In this document: piece after piece, positions 39,846-49,563 of the stretch
How positions within the stretch are numbered: the first letter of the stretch is position 1
Layout: every line of letters begins with the position of its first letter
Source: Desulfosoma sp.
Lineage (GTDB): Bacteria > Desulfobacterota > Syntrophobacteria > Syntrophobacterales > DSM-9756
Reading direction: 5' to 3'
Assembly: GCA_037481835.1 (NCBI GenBank)
Contig: JBBFKW010000006.1
Span: forward strand, 1 to 64,000
DNA: 64,000 bases
Made by a program: the position numbers and the translations under genes
Notes under the pieces: generated by a model
Databases searched by the model: none
What the model saw: only the letters and a program-made list of their open reading frames with translations
What the model was told of the DNA's origin: nothing

Positions 39846-42251
39846 ATGAGTCTTGGGCGAAGAGCATTTCTACAGTTTGTGGGCGGAGCCATCGGCGGGA
39901 CGTTGCTCACCCCCATCCCCTGGAAGCTGGCGGACGATTCCGCCATTTGGACCCAAAACTGGTCCTGGCGCCCGTCGCCGCAACGGGGGGAAATCACGCG
40001 GGTGCGCAGCGTGTGCCAGCTGTGCCCGGGAGGATGCGGGATCACGGCGCGATTGGTGAACGGCCGTCGGGCCGTGGCCGTCACGGGAAACGAAGCCCAC
40101 GCCGTGAGCGGCGGAGGCCTGTGCCCCGTGGGGGCTTCCAGCCTGCAGTATCTGTATGCGCCCTACCGCATCCAGCAACCCTTGAAACAAACGGGATCCA
40201 GGGGCGACCTCAAGGGTTTCAAGCCCGTCTCTTGGGCTGAGGCCCTCAAGGAGGTGACGGCCAAGCTGACCCAGTTGCGTTCGGGCGGAAAACCCCACAC
40301 CGTCGCCTGCCTTACGGGCCAGAAACGCTCCACCGTGACCCGGCTGTGGAAGCACTTCCTCACGGCTTACGGATCACCCAATTTCTACACCATGCCCGAT
40401 GCCGCCGACAGTGTGCGCCTCGCCGTGGCGCTCACCACTGGCATGGATGCCGAACCGGGCTTCCAGTGGGACAAGGCCTCCTATGTGCTGAATTTCGGGG
40501 CTCCCCTGTTGGAAGGCTGGGGCAGCCCGGTTTATCTCCAGCAGGTGTTCGCTCGGTGGCAAACGGAAAAGCCCGGAGTTCCCCGCACCGGATTGGTTCA
40601 CGTGGAATCCCGAGCGTCCCTGACGGCATCCAAGGCCCATCGCTGGATCGCGTGCAATCCGGGAACGGAAGCCGCTTTGGCCCTGGGCATCGCCCATGTG
40701 TTGGTGCGCGACAAGCTCTATGATGCCGCCTTCGTGGCGGAGAAGGTTTTCGGGTTCGAGGACTGGATTGATCCCACGGGCGCCCAGCGAAAGGGTTTCA
40801 AGAACGTCGTGCTTGCCAAATACGGTCTGGAGGACGTCTCCAAGACCACGGGAGTCGCCCCTCAGGTCATCCAAGATCTGGCGCGGGAGTTGGCCAAGCA
40901 AAAGCACGCCCTTGTGGTCTGGGGCCAGGACAAAGCGGACAAACCCAACAACCTCTACCACGACCTGGCTTTCCTTGGCCTGAACGCCCTTCTGGGGGCT
41001 CTTTCCCCGTCCGGGACCGTGGCCCTGGTCCCGCACGATCCATGGCCCGATTTCCCGGAACCGGTCCTGGATACGGACGCCTACCGCGGCGCGGGCCAGA
41101 CGGCTCTGGGACGCCCGTCGGCGGTGCCCCGGACCAAAGCGCCGGTCAACAGCGTCATGCCGTTCCTGGAAGCCTTGGCTTCGGGATCCGAATATCCCGT
41201 GGAACTCCTCTTCGTCCATGAGGCGAATCCCGTCTACAGCCTTCCCGAGGCGGCTCTCGCCGCGCAGGCTCTTCAGAAAGCGGGCATGGTGGTTTCCTTT
41301 TCGTCCTACATGGACGAAACCACCCAATGGGCGGACCTTGTGCTTCCGAACCACACGGCCTTGGAACGGCTGGACGACGTGGTCGGCCTTCCAGGGGCCC
41401 CTTACGCCTATTACGCGGTCTCGTCCCCCATCCTCAAGCCCCTCTACGACACAAAGAACACGGGCGACGTCCTGCTGGGCCTGGCCGCCTCCGTCGGAGG
41501 CGGGGTGGCCGAAAGCCTCCCGTGGAAAACCTACGAAGACGTCCTCAAGCTCAGGGTCGAGGCCATCGCCAAAGCCGGTTCGGGACTCGTTCCGTCGGCC
41601 GATTCCTTCGATCCCGCCTCCGTTCGGCCCGGAAACATCTTGAAACCCAATTTCAAAGACGCCGCCGATCTGTGGAACAAGCTGAAAGGCGGCGCCTGCT
41701 GGGTGGACGCCCCGGCGGCGGTCACCTTTGCGACCCCGTCGGAACGGTATGAACTGGCCTGCCAGGGCCTCTTGGCGAGCGTCTCTGCCACGGCCGCCGA
41801 CGATTTGTTCATGCCGCGCTTCCATCCTTTGAAGCCGTCGGGCGAGGAATCCGAATACCCCCTGCTGCTCATAACCTACTCTTCCCTGATGCTTTCGGAA
41901 GGCTACGTCCCCAACACGCCTTTCATGAACAAACTCCTCCCGGACGATCTGTTGAAAAAGCAGGACGTCTTTGTGGACATACACCCGCAAACGGCCCGCT
42001 CGGTGGGCCTCACCGACAAGGCCGCCGCCGTACTCAAGACCCCTCGCGGGGAAGCCCGGGTCCGCGTCCGGGTCACTGCGGCCGTCAAGCCCGGCGTGGT
42101 GGCGGTACCGCAGGGGTTCGGCCACACGGCCTACGACGAATACGTGCAACAGAAGGGATTCAATGCCAACAGCCTCATCGAGGTGCAGTTGGACCCCGTC
42201 ACGGGGCTGGGAACGGTCTGGGCCACTCGGGCCCAGCTGCGACGGGCGTAA
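39846..42251 (+). CDS. qrcB: Molybdopterin-oxidoreductase-fold Qrc subunit B
   Basis: Tat motif GRRAFL, TPIPWKLADDSAIWTQNW, CxxCxxxC...C and PGTEAALALG. Confidence 0.88.
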   Translation: MSLGRRAFLQFVGGAIGGTLLTPIPWKLADDSAIWTQNWSWRPSPQRGEITRVRSVCQLCPGGCGITARLVNGRRAVAVTGNEAHAVSGGGLCPVGASSLQYLYAPYRIQQPLKQTGSRGDLKGFKPVSWAEALKEVTAKLTQLRSGGKPHTVACLTGQKRSTVTRLWKHFLTAYGSPNFYTMPDAADSVRLAVALTTGMDAEPGFQWDKASYVLNFGAPLLEGWGSPVYLQQVFARWQTEKPGVPRTGLVHVESRASLTASKAHRWIACNPGTEAALALGIAHVLVRDKLYDAAFVAEKVFGFEDWIDPTGAQRKGFKNVVLAKYGLEDVSKTTGVAPQVIQDLARELAKQKHALVVWGQDKADKPNNLYHDLAFLGLNALLGALSPSGTVALVPHDPWPDFPEPVLDTDAYRGAGQTALGRPSAVPRTKAPVNSVMPFLEALASGSEYPVELLFVHEANPVYSLPEAALAAQALQKAGMVVSFSSYMDETTQWADLVLPNHTALERLDDVVGLPGAPYAYYAVSSPILKPLYDTKNTGDVLLGLAASVGGGVAESLPWKTYEDVLKLRVEAIAKAGSGLVPSADSFDPASVRPGNILKPNFKDAADLWNKLKGGACWVDAPAAVTFATPSERYELACQGLLASVSATAADDLFMPRFHPLKPSGEESEYPLLLITYSSLMLSEGYVPNTPFMNKLLPDDLLKKQDVFVDIHPQTARSVGLTDKAAAVLKTPRGEARVRVRVTAAVKPGVVAVPQGFGHTAYDEYVQQKGFNANSLIEVQLDPVTGLGTVWATRAQLRRA

Positions 42252-42324
42252 TGAAGGCCCATGCATCGGCCGCCCAGGGACATGCGGCGGCTTGAGGTCG
42301 TCAGCCTAACAGAGGATGTCACCC

Positions 42325-43086
42325 ATGAGCGGAAGCGCACATTCGGAGCATGCGGAAAGCAAGGTCCGTTACGGCATGGTCATCGACCTGGACAAGTGCA
42401 CGGGCTGCGGAGCCTGTTCGGTAGCCTGCCAGCAGGAGAACAACGTCTCCTTTCGGCCCGATGAAAGCGACAAGCTGCGCACCCTGTCCTGGATGACCCT
42501 GTATCGGTTGGAAAACGGGGCGGATTGGCCCGACTACCGGGCGGCCATGCTACCGCGACCGTGCATGCATTGCGACTCGCCCCACCATTCCCCGTGCACC
42601 TTTGTGTGTCCCGTGAACGCCACCATCCGAGACGAGCACACGGGGATTGTGGACCACGTGGCCGTGCGCTGCATCGGCTGCCGTTACTGCATGGTGGCCT
42701 GCCCGTACCATGCGCGTTCCTTCAACTGGTGGGATCCCAAATGGCCCAAGTCCATGGAAGCCATGCTGACCCCGGAGGTGAGCCCGCGCATGCGCGGTGT
42801 CGTGGAAAAGTGCACCTTCTGCCACCACCGCCTCAACCTGGCCCGCGACCGGGCTCGGCTCAACGGCGAAGACCCGGACGGTGTCGTCTACACCCCGGCA
42901 TGCGCCGAAGTGTGCCCGACCGGGGCCATCACCTTTGGGAACCTGAAGGATCCCAACAGCGATGTGGCCAAGTTGGCCAAAGACCCCAGGGCCTTTCGCA
43001 TTCTGGAAAAACTCCACACGGAACCCAAAGTCTACTACTTGAGTTCCGCGCAGTGGATACGGCGTCAATCGGACAACGGTCTGTGA
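42325..43086 (+). CDS. qrcC: Iron-sulfur subunit QrcC (DmsB/NrfC family)
   Basis: CTGCGAC, CMHC, CIGCRYCMVACPY, KCTFC and PACAEVCP motifs. Confidence 0.9.
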   Translation: MSGSAHSEHAESKVRYGMVIDLDKCTGCGACSVACQQENNVSFRPDESDKLRTLSWMTLYRLENGADWPDYRAAMLPRPCMHCDSPHHSPCTFVCPVNATIRDEHTGIVDHVAVRCIGCRYCMVACPYHARSFNWWDPKWPKSMEAMLTPEVSPRMRGVVEKCTFCHHRLNLARDRARLNGEDPDGVVYTPACAEVCPTGAITFGNLKDPNSDVAKLAKDPRAFRILEKLHTEPKVYYLSSAQWIRRQSDNGL

Positions 43087-43123
43087 TCACAGGGGCACCT
43101 TTAGAATCTTTCAGGAGTCAGTC

Positions 43124-44365
43124 ATGGATAAGGCATTGATACCGGAAGGTGTGAAACGTTGCCCGCTGCCGGTCTTCGCCCTCTGGATGCTGTTTTTGTT
43201 CGCCGTAATCGCTTGGGGGATCTACGCCGGCTTGACCGTGCTCATCAAGGGGTTGAACGTCACCGGCTTGAACAACTATTTCGGGTTCGGGCTTTACATC
43301 ACGGTGGATTTGGGGATCATCGCCTTGGGCGCCGGGGCCTTCTTTTCCGGTTTCATGTATTACGGCCTGTCCCGATTCTTCCCCAAGCTCAAGGAACTCC
43401 ATAAGATCATCAACCTGGCGGTCATTGTGGGTTTTTGCTGCTACACGGGCGCCCTGCTCGTGCTCTTGCTGGAAATCGGGCAGCCCCTGCGGGGTTGGTT
43501 TGGCTACTGGCACGCCAACGTGCACTCCATGCTCACGGAAGTCATCTTCTGCATTTCGTGTTATGCGATCGTGCTGGTCATCGAGTTCGTGCCCATCATC
43601 TTGGAAAACCGCAAGTTGGACGCCGTTAAGTCCTTGCACATCTTCGGCCACAACCTTCATGAAATCATGGCCATCTTCGCCATGACGGGCACTTTCCTGA
43701 GCTTCTTCCATCAAGGCTCGCTGGGCGGCGTCCCCGGCGTCATGTTCGGCCGGCCGTTCGCCTACCGCACGGGGTTCTTTATCTGGCCGTGGACCTTTTT
43801 CCTCTTCACCCTGTCGGCCATGGCCTGCGGTCCTGCCTTTACGGCCCTCATCTGCCGCATCATCGAAAAAGTCAGCAACAAGAAGCTGGTGGACCGCAGC
43901 GTCTACGAACTCATCGCCAAGATCACCGGAAGCCTCCTGCTCATCTACCTCATCCTCAAGACCCTGGATACGCTCTACTGGGCCTTGGACACGGCTCCCG
44001 GATTCGGCTTGAAGTTGAGCGACTTCTATCGAGAGCCCTACGGCATGTGGCTCCTTTTTGCGGAATTGGGCCTGTGCGGCGTCGTTCCGGTCCTTCTCCT
44101 TCTCACCCCCAAGACCCGCAGTTCCAACGGGCTTCTCTTTCTCGGCTTTTTCCTCAACTGCGCCGGGATCGTCATCAACCGGTTCGCCATGACGGTGGAA
44201 GCCCTGGCGATCCCCGTCATGCCCTTCGACCAGTGGGCGGTCTACATTCCCACGTGGGCCGAATGGGCGCCGTGCGTGGCCATGTTGGCGTACGGGGCGG
44301 TGATCGTCTCCTTGTCCTATCGGTATCTGCCCATCTTCCCGAGAGAAAAGGAACTGAACCCTTAA
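43124..44365 (+). CDS. qrcD: NrfD/PsrC-family membrane subunit QrcD
   Basis: IALGAGAF, EIGQPLR and FFHQGSLGG motifs; multiple TM helices. Confidence 0.9.
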   Translation: MDKALIPEGVKRCPLPVFALWMLFLFAVIAWGIYAGLTVLIKGLNVTGLNNYFGFGLYITVDLGIIALGAGAFFSGFMYYGLSRFFPKLKELHKIINLAVIVGFCCYTGALLVLLLEIGQPLRGWFGYWHANVHSMLTEVIFCISCYAIVLVIEFVPIILENRKLDAVKSLHIFGHNLHEIMAIFAMTGTFLSFFHQGSLGGVPGVMFGRPFAYRTGFFIWPWTFFLFTLSAMACGPAFTALICRIIEKVSNKKLVDRSVYELIAKITGSLLLIYLILKTLDTLYWALDTAPGFGLKLSDFYREPYGMWLLFAELGLCGVVPVLLLLTPKTRSSNGLLFLGFFLNCAGIVINRFAMTVEALAIPVMPFDQWAVYIPTWAEWAPCVAMLAYGAVIVSLSYRYLPIFPREKELNP

Positions 44366-44535
44366 ATTCGCTTCCGCCTGAAAAGTCGGCATCGCTCTTT
44401 ACGGGGAGCGCCGGCCCGTTGCGGGCCCGCTCCCCGTCGGTTTTGCGGTCCGCGTTTGGGTTTGACACGCCCCGTTGCGGGTGTTACCCTTCGGCGGTTC
44501 GGACCCATTCATGACGGCTGAGGCGACGGTTTCCC

Positions 44536-45324
44536 ATGCGACCCGAAAAACCCCGGTTACTGGACTTTTTTGAAAGCAACCACCACCTGAAGTTGGTCCT
44601 CTCCCTGACGGTGCTCTTTCTTCTGATCCTCGAGACCTTGATCTACCTCACGGCGGCGAGCCAGGCGGGCCAACGCACACGGCTGATCATCACCAACACG
44701 GAAGGGCAGAAGATCTACGAGACGACGGGCAGCACGCTGTCGAGCTACGAAAAGATGGTGTTTGAGAGCACCTTCGGGCCCCTGGATAGATACCGCATGC
44801 ATTTGCAGAGCGAAGAGCGGCCGTTTCCTTTTCGGGCGTGGCTTTCCGCCGCCATCGGCGTCCCGGTGGGCCTCATTTTGATCATCGCCTTTGCCATCAA
44901 AGCCTTTCTGAACCTGCTTTACGGTGACCCGGAACATCATCCTGAGGCGACCCCGCACCCTTTGCCCCAGGAAGGGCGGTTCACGTCCCTTTTTGAAATT
45001 TTCAAAGGCATTTCCGTCTTCCACGTGGGCGTTCTTGTCGTCGTCGGGGTGGTCCTTTTTTGGATGGTGCCCAACCTTTTGGGCGACTTCGGCCGTGTAG
45101 CCTGGGCGTTTCTCAGGGAATACAAGATCCTGGTCTTCGGAGGCGCCCTTTTCCTGGCCGGATTGCTCATTTGGATCATCTACCTGCGCTACCGACTGTC
45201 CAAGCAGGTGCTCCAAAACCAAGTGGAAATCGAAAAGCTGCGACTCGAATACCATCGCACGTCCGAGGGCAGGCCGCTGGAACTCTTGACGGCTTCGCAA
45301 ACCGAGCCCCGCTCCGACGCCTGA
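44536..45324 (+). CDS. Hypothetical membrane protein (about 4 TM)
   Basis: Hydrophobic segments flanking a soluble loop; typical codon usage. Confidence 0.7.
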   Translation: MRPEKPRLLDFFESNHHLKLVLSLTVLFLLILETLIYLTAASQAGQRTRLIITNTEGQKIYETTGSTLSSYEKMVFESTFGPLDRYRMHLQSEERPFPFRAWLSAAIGVPVGLILIIAFAIKAFLNLLYGDPEHHPEATPHPLPQEGRFTSLFEIFKGISVFHVGVLVVVGVVLFWMVPNLLGDFGRVAWAFLREYKILVFGGALFLAGLLIWIIYLRYRLSKQVLQNQVEIEKLRLEYHRTSEGRPLELLTASQTEPRSDA

Positions 45325-45347
45325 GGTTCACGGGAAAGGATCAGCCC

Positions 45348-45797
45348 ATGCTGTTCAGCCGCCTATTCAAAAGAAGAAAAGAAGAGCCCCAGGAGAAAAA
45401 GCCCGACATCAACCAGGGCATTTTCTACCTTTACTTGATCATCGGGTTGCAGGTGCTCTTCGTCTTCGGCCTGATGGCCGTCATCATCACGTTGGGAAAA
45501 GTGTTGGCCACGCCCTTGTGGGTCTTTTTGTTCAGCCTGGCCGTCGGGGCGACGGCCTGCTACTACATTTATAAGAAGGCGCAGCAGCAGTTCCGAAAAC
45601 TTCGAGAAGCCTTAAGGCATGTGGATCTTTCGGACCGAAACTATGAAATCAGCTTCATGGGCGGCGTGCTCACCATGAAGGTGGAACACAACCCCCGCAA
45701 GCTCCTTGAAGACCATTCCAACGCGGTGGTGGACGCCGAAGCCTTGGAGGCGTCCGCGGCCGCCATTCCGCCCAAGATCGCCGGCCTTTCCCGGTAA
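45348..45797 (+). CDS. Hypothetical membrane protein (2 TM plus C-terminal soluble domain)
   Basis: AAGGA RBS before ATG 45348; two hydrophobic helices. Confidence 0.7.
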   Translation: MLFSRLFKRRKEEPQEKKPDINQGIFYLYLIIGLQVLFVFGLMAVIITLGKVLATPLWVFLFSLAVGATACYYIYKKAQQQFRKLREALRHVDLSDRNYEISFMGGVLTMKVEHNPRKLLEDHSNAVVDAEALEASAAAIPPKIAGLSR

Positions 45798-45806
45798 ATC
45801 GCCGCC

Positions 45807-47486
45807 TCATTCCTCATCCGGCTGGAGCCGGGTGAGGCTCATGCCCGGCAGGGTCGGTTCCTTCCACCGGGTCAGGACCGTATCCCTGCGCCAGTGCAGA
45901 TCGTCTTTTTGAGGGTGATCCACGTTGTAGTGCAGCCCACGGCTCTCCTTCCTCGCCATGGCGCACCGCACGATGAGTTCCGCCACGAGCGCCAGGTTCT
46001 GCAATTCCACCAGATCGGGGTGCAGGGGGATATTGGGCAGATGCTCCTTGATTTCCATGCGCACCTGCGCAATGTGGAGGCTCGCCAGGTGGAGCCGTTT
46101 GTCCGTGCGGACGATGCCCACGTAGTTCCACATGAGCCGACGGATGACGTCCCAGTTGTGGGCGATGAGGACCATCTCGCTCTGGGCGCCGTTGCCGGCC
46201 GTCGTCTCGATGGCCACCTGCGGCACATGGGGATAGCCCCTTTTCTGCCATCGCCCCAGGTTTTCATTGCAGTGGACGGCGGCCCGATGGGAAAAGACGG
46301 CGGCTTCCAGAAGGGAGTTGCTGGCCAGGCGGTTGGCACCGTGCAAGCCGGTGCAGGCGCATTCGCCGATGGCATAGAGGTTCTCGATGGAGGTTTGGCC
46401 CCACACGTCCGTCGCAATCCCGCCGCACATGTAGTGGGCCGCCGGCACCACCGGAATGGGATCCTTGGTGATGTCGATCCCCAAGCTCAAGCACTTCTTG
46501 TAGATGTTGGGAAACCGTTCTTTCAGGAAGTTCGCGTCCCGATGGGTGATGTCCAAATAGACGCAGTCGTCTCCCGTTCTTTTCATTTCCGTGTCAATGG
46601 CGCGGGCCACCACGTCGCGGAAAGCCAAATCCTTTAACGGGTGGTATTTGGCCATGAAGGCGTGCCCGCGTTTGTCGATGAGTCGGCCGCCTTCACCGCG
46701 GACGGCTTCCGAGATGAGAAAATTCTTGGCGTGGGGGTGATAGAGACAGGTGGGGTGGAACTGGACGAATTCCAGGTTGGCCAGGGCCGCTCCGGCCCGA
46801 TAGGCCATGGCCAGCCCGTCCCCCGTGGCCACATCGGGGTTGCTCGTGTAAAGATACACCTTGCCGGCCCCGCCCGTGCACAGCAGGGTGGCGTGCGCGG
46901 TGAAGATATGGACTTCCCCGCTCTTTTCGTCCAACACGAAAGCGCCCCAGCAGCACTGCCGCTGCTGCACGGCCACGGACCCGACCCGGATCGCCTGATA
47001 ATCGATGATGAGGTCCAGGGCCAAATGATTTTCGAAGATGGCCACGTTGGGGTGCGATTCCACCGCCTCGACCAAAACCCGTTCGATGGCCTGCCCGGTC
47101 ATGTCCTCGGCGTGGACGATCCGGTTTCGGCTGTGTCCCCCTTCCCGGCCCAAGTCGAACAAACAGTTGGGGGTGCGACCCTTGGAAAAGGGAACGCCGA
47201 TGGAGGCCAGCTCCTGGATGCGTTCCGGAGCCGACCGCACCACCAGCTCCACCACCTCGGGTTTGCTCAGCCCATCGCCCGATTTGAGCGTGTCCTCGAT
47301 GTGCAATTGGAAAGAATCGTCCGGTCCCAAAGCGGACGCGATCCCGCCCTGAGCGTAGTTCGTGCTCGTCTCCAGTTTGTCCTTTTTGGTGACGATGGCC
47401 ACCGTGGCGTTGCGAGCGACCTTCAGGGCGAAGGTCAACCCGGCGATACCGCTGCCGATGACGAGAAAATCGAAACGATGCTCCAT
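45807..47486 (-). CDS. nadB: L-aspartate oxidase
   Basis: GSGIAG, AQGGIA, EGGHS, QFHPT, LISEAVRGEG, HYMCGG and GLHGANRLASNSL motifs. Confidence 0.95.
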   Translation of the reverse strand: MEHRFDFLVIGSGIAGLTFALKVARNATVAIVTKKDKLETSTNYAQGGIASALGPDDSFQLHIEDTLKSGDGLSKPEVVELVVRSAPERIQELASIGVPFSKGRTPNCLFDLGREGGHSRNRIVHAEDMTGQAIERVLVEAVESHPNVAIFENHLALDLIIDYQAIRVGSVAVQQRQCCWGAFVLDEKSGEVHIFTAHATLLCTGGAGKVYLYTSNPDVATGDGLAMAYRAGAALANLEFVQFHPTCLYHPHAKNFLISEAVRGEGGRLIDKRGHAFMAKYHPLKDLAFRDVVARAIDTEMKRTGDDCVYLDITHRDANFLKERFPNIYKKCLSLGIDITKDPIPVVPAAHYMCGGIATDVWGQTSIENLYAIGECACTGLHGANRLASNSLLEAAVFSHRAAVHCNENLGRWQKRGYPHVPQVAIETTAGNGAQSEMVLIAHNWDVIRRLMWNYVGIVRTDKRLHLASLHIAQVRMEIKEHLPNIPLHPDLVELQNLALVAELIVRCAMARKESRGLHYNVDHPQKDDLHWRRDTVLTRWKEPTLPGMSLTRLQPDEE

Positions 47487-47633
47487 GGATGGGTCCTTTC
47501 CTCAAAGGGGCGTCCACACCCGACGGGCCGCACGGTCCGGGCCCGTTCTTGACAGGCGCGACTCTAGTGCATTACAGAGTAGGAGTAAAGTATTGGAAGA
47601 TCAAAAACTTTTTGACAAGCCACCGAGTCGCTC

Positions 47634-48353
47634 ATGACCCCTGTGCCGCCCGATCTTGCAGAAAAAACCGATTCTTCGCCGCCTCTTTTCGCCCCGGGTC
47701 TTCCCGCCGTCGTCGTCTTTGATTGCGACGGCGTCCTTTTCGATTCCCGGGAGGCGAACATCCGGTTCTACAACCATGTCATGGAGCGCTTCGGCCGCCC
47801 GCCCCTTCGAGCGGACCAAGTGGACTATATCCACATGCATTCGGCACGGGAGTCCCTGGAGTACCTCCTGGGTCCGGGCGCCGATCTCGAGGCGGCGTGG
47901 GAGTATTGCCAGAGCCTGGATTTTCGCATCTTCAACCGGTACTTGCGCAAGGAACCGGGTCTGGACAAGCTTCTCCATTACCTCAAACCCCGATGCAGAA
48001 TCGCCCTCGCCACCAATCGAACGGTTTCCACGCGGGATCTCCTCGCCTCTTTTCACCTGGAGGGCGCTTTTGATCTGGTGGTGACCGCAGCCGACGTGGC
48101 CCGTCCCAAGCCTCACCCGGAAAGCATGGAAAAGATCCTCAAGGTCTTCGGCACCGTAGCGCACCATGTCCTCTTCGTTGGAGATTCCCAGGTGGACGCC
48201 CTTCTGGCGGAAGAAACGGGTGTGGTCTTCGCCGCCTACAAGAACCCGTCCTTGCCCGCCCACATCCATGTGCCGTCCTTTGGGTACCTGCAAGCCGTTT
48301 TGGCCAAGTCCCTGGATGCCGCCGCAGTGAGGGCGCGCCCCATCCTTTCATGA
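47634..48353 (+). CDS. HAD-superfamily hydrolase (phosphoglycolate phosphatase-like)
   Basis: FDCDGVL, ATNR, KPHP and VGDSQVD motifs. Confidence 0.9.
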   Translation: MTPVPPDLAEKTDSSPPLFAPGLPAVVVFDCDGVLFDSREANIRFYNHVMERFGRPPLRADQVDYIHMHSARESLEYLLGPGADLEAAWEYCQSLDFRIFNRYLRKEPGLDKLLHYLKPRCRIALATNRTVSTRDLLASFHLEGAFDLVVTAADVARPKPHPESMEKILKVFGTVAHHVLFVGDSQVDALLAEETGVVFAAYKNPSLPAHIHVPSFGYLQAVLAKSLDAAAVRARPILS

Positions 48354-49135
48354 ACCTTTTGCACGGCCGTTTTCAAGGGCTCTTCCTTGTGGGCACGTGC
48401 CATCGGGATCCGCGTGGGCTTCGACGCGCGAACACCCTTTTGGATCTTCTCGCTCCCGACGTGGTTCTGGTGGAAGTGAGCCCTTTTGCGGTTTGGATCC
48501 GAAGCGAACACCGCAGGTTTTTCCTGGAGCTTTTTCAAAAGAATCTCAGGGCCGCCGCGGCGGCGCACGGGATGAGCCTCCCCGTCGCCCTCCGCGTGCC
48601 CGCCGTCCGGCACATCCCCATCCAGTGCGCCCTGCCCTTCGAACTGCGCGCCGCCCGGCGCCGGCACGCCTTGCGGGGAACCCCTTATTTTTGCGTGGAC
48701 CGAAGCGATGCAAGCCGCCTCTTTGTATCGGATTGGCCGAACTGGTTATCCTCGAACAATCTGAAAAGCCTTCTTGCATCGAGCGCCCCGGTGCCGCCTT
48801 CGGTTGCCGAAGAATACGGCAGGGCTCGAGCCGCCCTCGCAGGGCTCACGTCGCCGGCGTATCGTTTCCGCGGGCCGGACGGGGCCGTGTGGGAGCGCAG
48901 GGAGCGGTTTCTGGAACACGCGGTGCGGGCGACGCTCCGGGTGCTCGCCCCCGAACGGCTCGTCTACCTCGGCGGATGGACTCACGTGGTGCCGAACGAC
49001 GGCTTGAGCCTGTTCGACAGGCTCCGCGACTTGGCGCCGACAAGTCTCCTTCTGGACGACGTCGACCGGATCGAAAAGGCGGATCGGATGCCCTCGGCAC
49101 AAGGGATGGAACGATCCCGACCGCCGCAGCCGTAA
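48350..49135 (+). CDS. Hypothetical protein, TraB/Tiki-like motif pattern
   Basis: LVGTCH, PDVVLVE, FELRAA, CVD, RRE and YLGGWTH; ATGA overlap with the HAD gene. Confidence 0.6.
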   Translation: MNLLHGRFQGLFLVGTCHRDPRGLRRANTLLDLLAPDVVLVEVSPFAVWIRSEHRRFFLELFQKNLRAAAAAHGMSLPVALRVPAVRHIPIQCALPFELRAARRRHALRGTPYFCVDRSDASRLFVSDWPNWLSSNNLKSLLASSAPVPPSVAEEYGRARAALAGLTSPAYRFRGPDGAVWERRERFLEHAVRATLRVLAPERLVYLGGWTHVVPNDGLSLFDRLRDLAPTSLLLDDVDRIEKADRMPSAQGMERSRPPQP

Positions 49136-49251
49136 AGTGTGCGGCTTGCGCATTGCAATGGGGGGTTCTTTTTGTTATGAAGGATACGTTGGTGGAAAGC
49201 CACCGGCTCCAAGGGCTAAGGCCGTGTTTGTGGGCCGACCAATGCGCCCTT

Positions 49252-49512
49252 GGTCGTGCTAGGCGGGGAGCTAGCGGTTCCCTGTACCCGAAATCCGCTC
49301 AGCGGGGCTGAATCCCCTTTCGAGGGACCGGTTGGGGCGACCCGATCGGAACTGCACCGTCGGTCGGACACCTCGCAACAGACGGATGTGAACCCCGTCA
49401 GGTCCGGAAGGAAGCAGCGGTAAGCATTGCGGTCTGTGTCGAGGTTCATTCTGACTGGACGCTGCAGGGAAGTCGGGCCGGCCCTCATCGACTCGACAAA
49501 GGGTGCACGACC
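49252..49512 (+). ncRNA. ffs: Signal recognition particle RNA, large (Alu-domain) bacterial type
   Basis: S-domain CCCGTCAGGTCCGGAAGGAAGCAGCGG; 5' Alu-like GTGCTAGGCGGGGAG...CCCTGTACC..AATCCGCT; terminal pairing GGTCGTGC/GCACGACC followed by a T-run. Confidence 0.92.
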
Positions 49513-49563
49513 AAGGGTCTTTTTTTGCCCCTCGGCCGCCTTTTCGATCGTCCCCTTTCCCCC

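Noticed and set aside
40374..42266. 630-aa minus-strand ORF
   Set aside because: Antisense shadow of qrcB.
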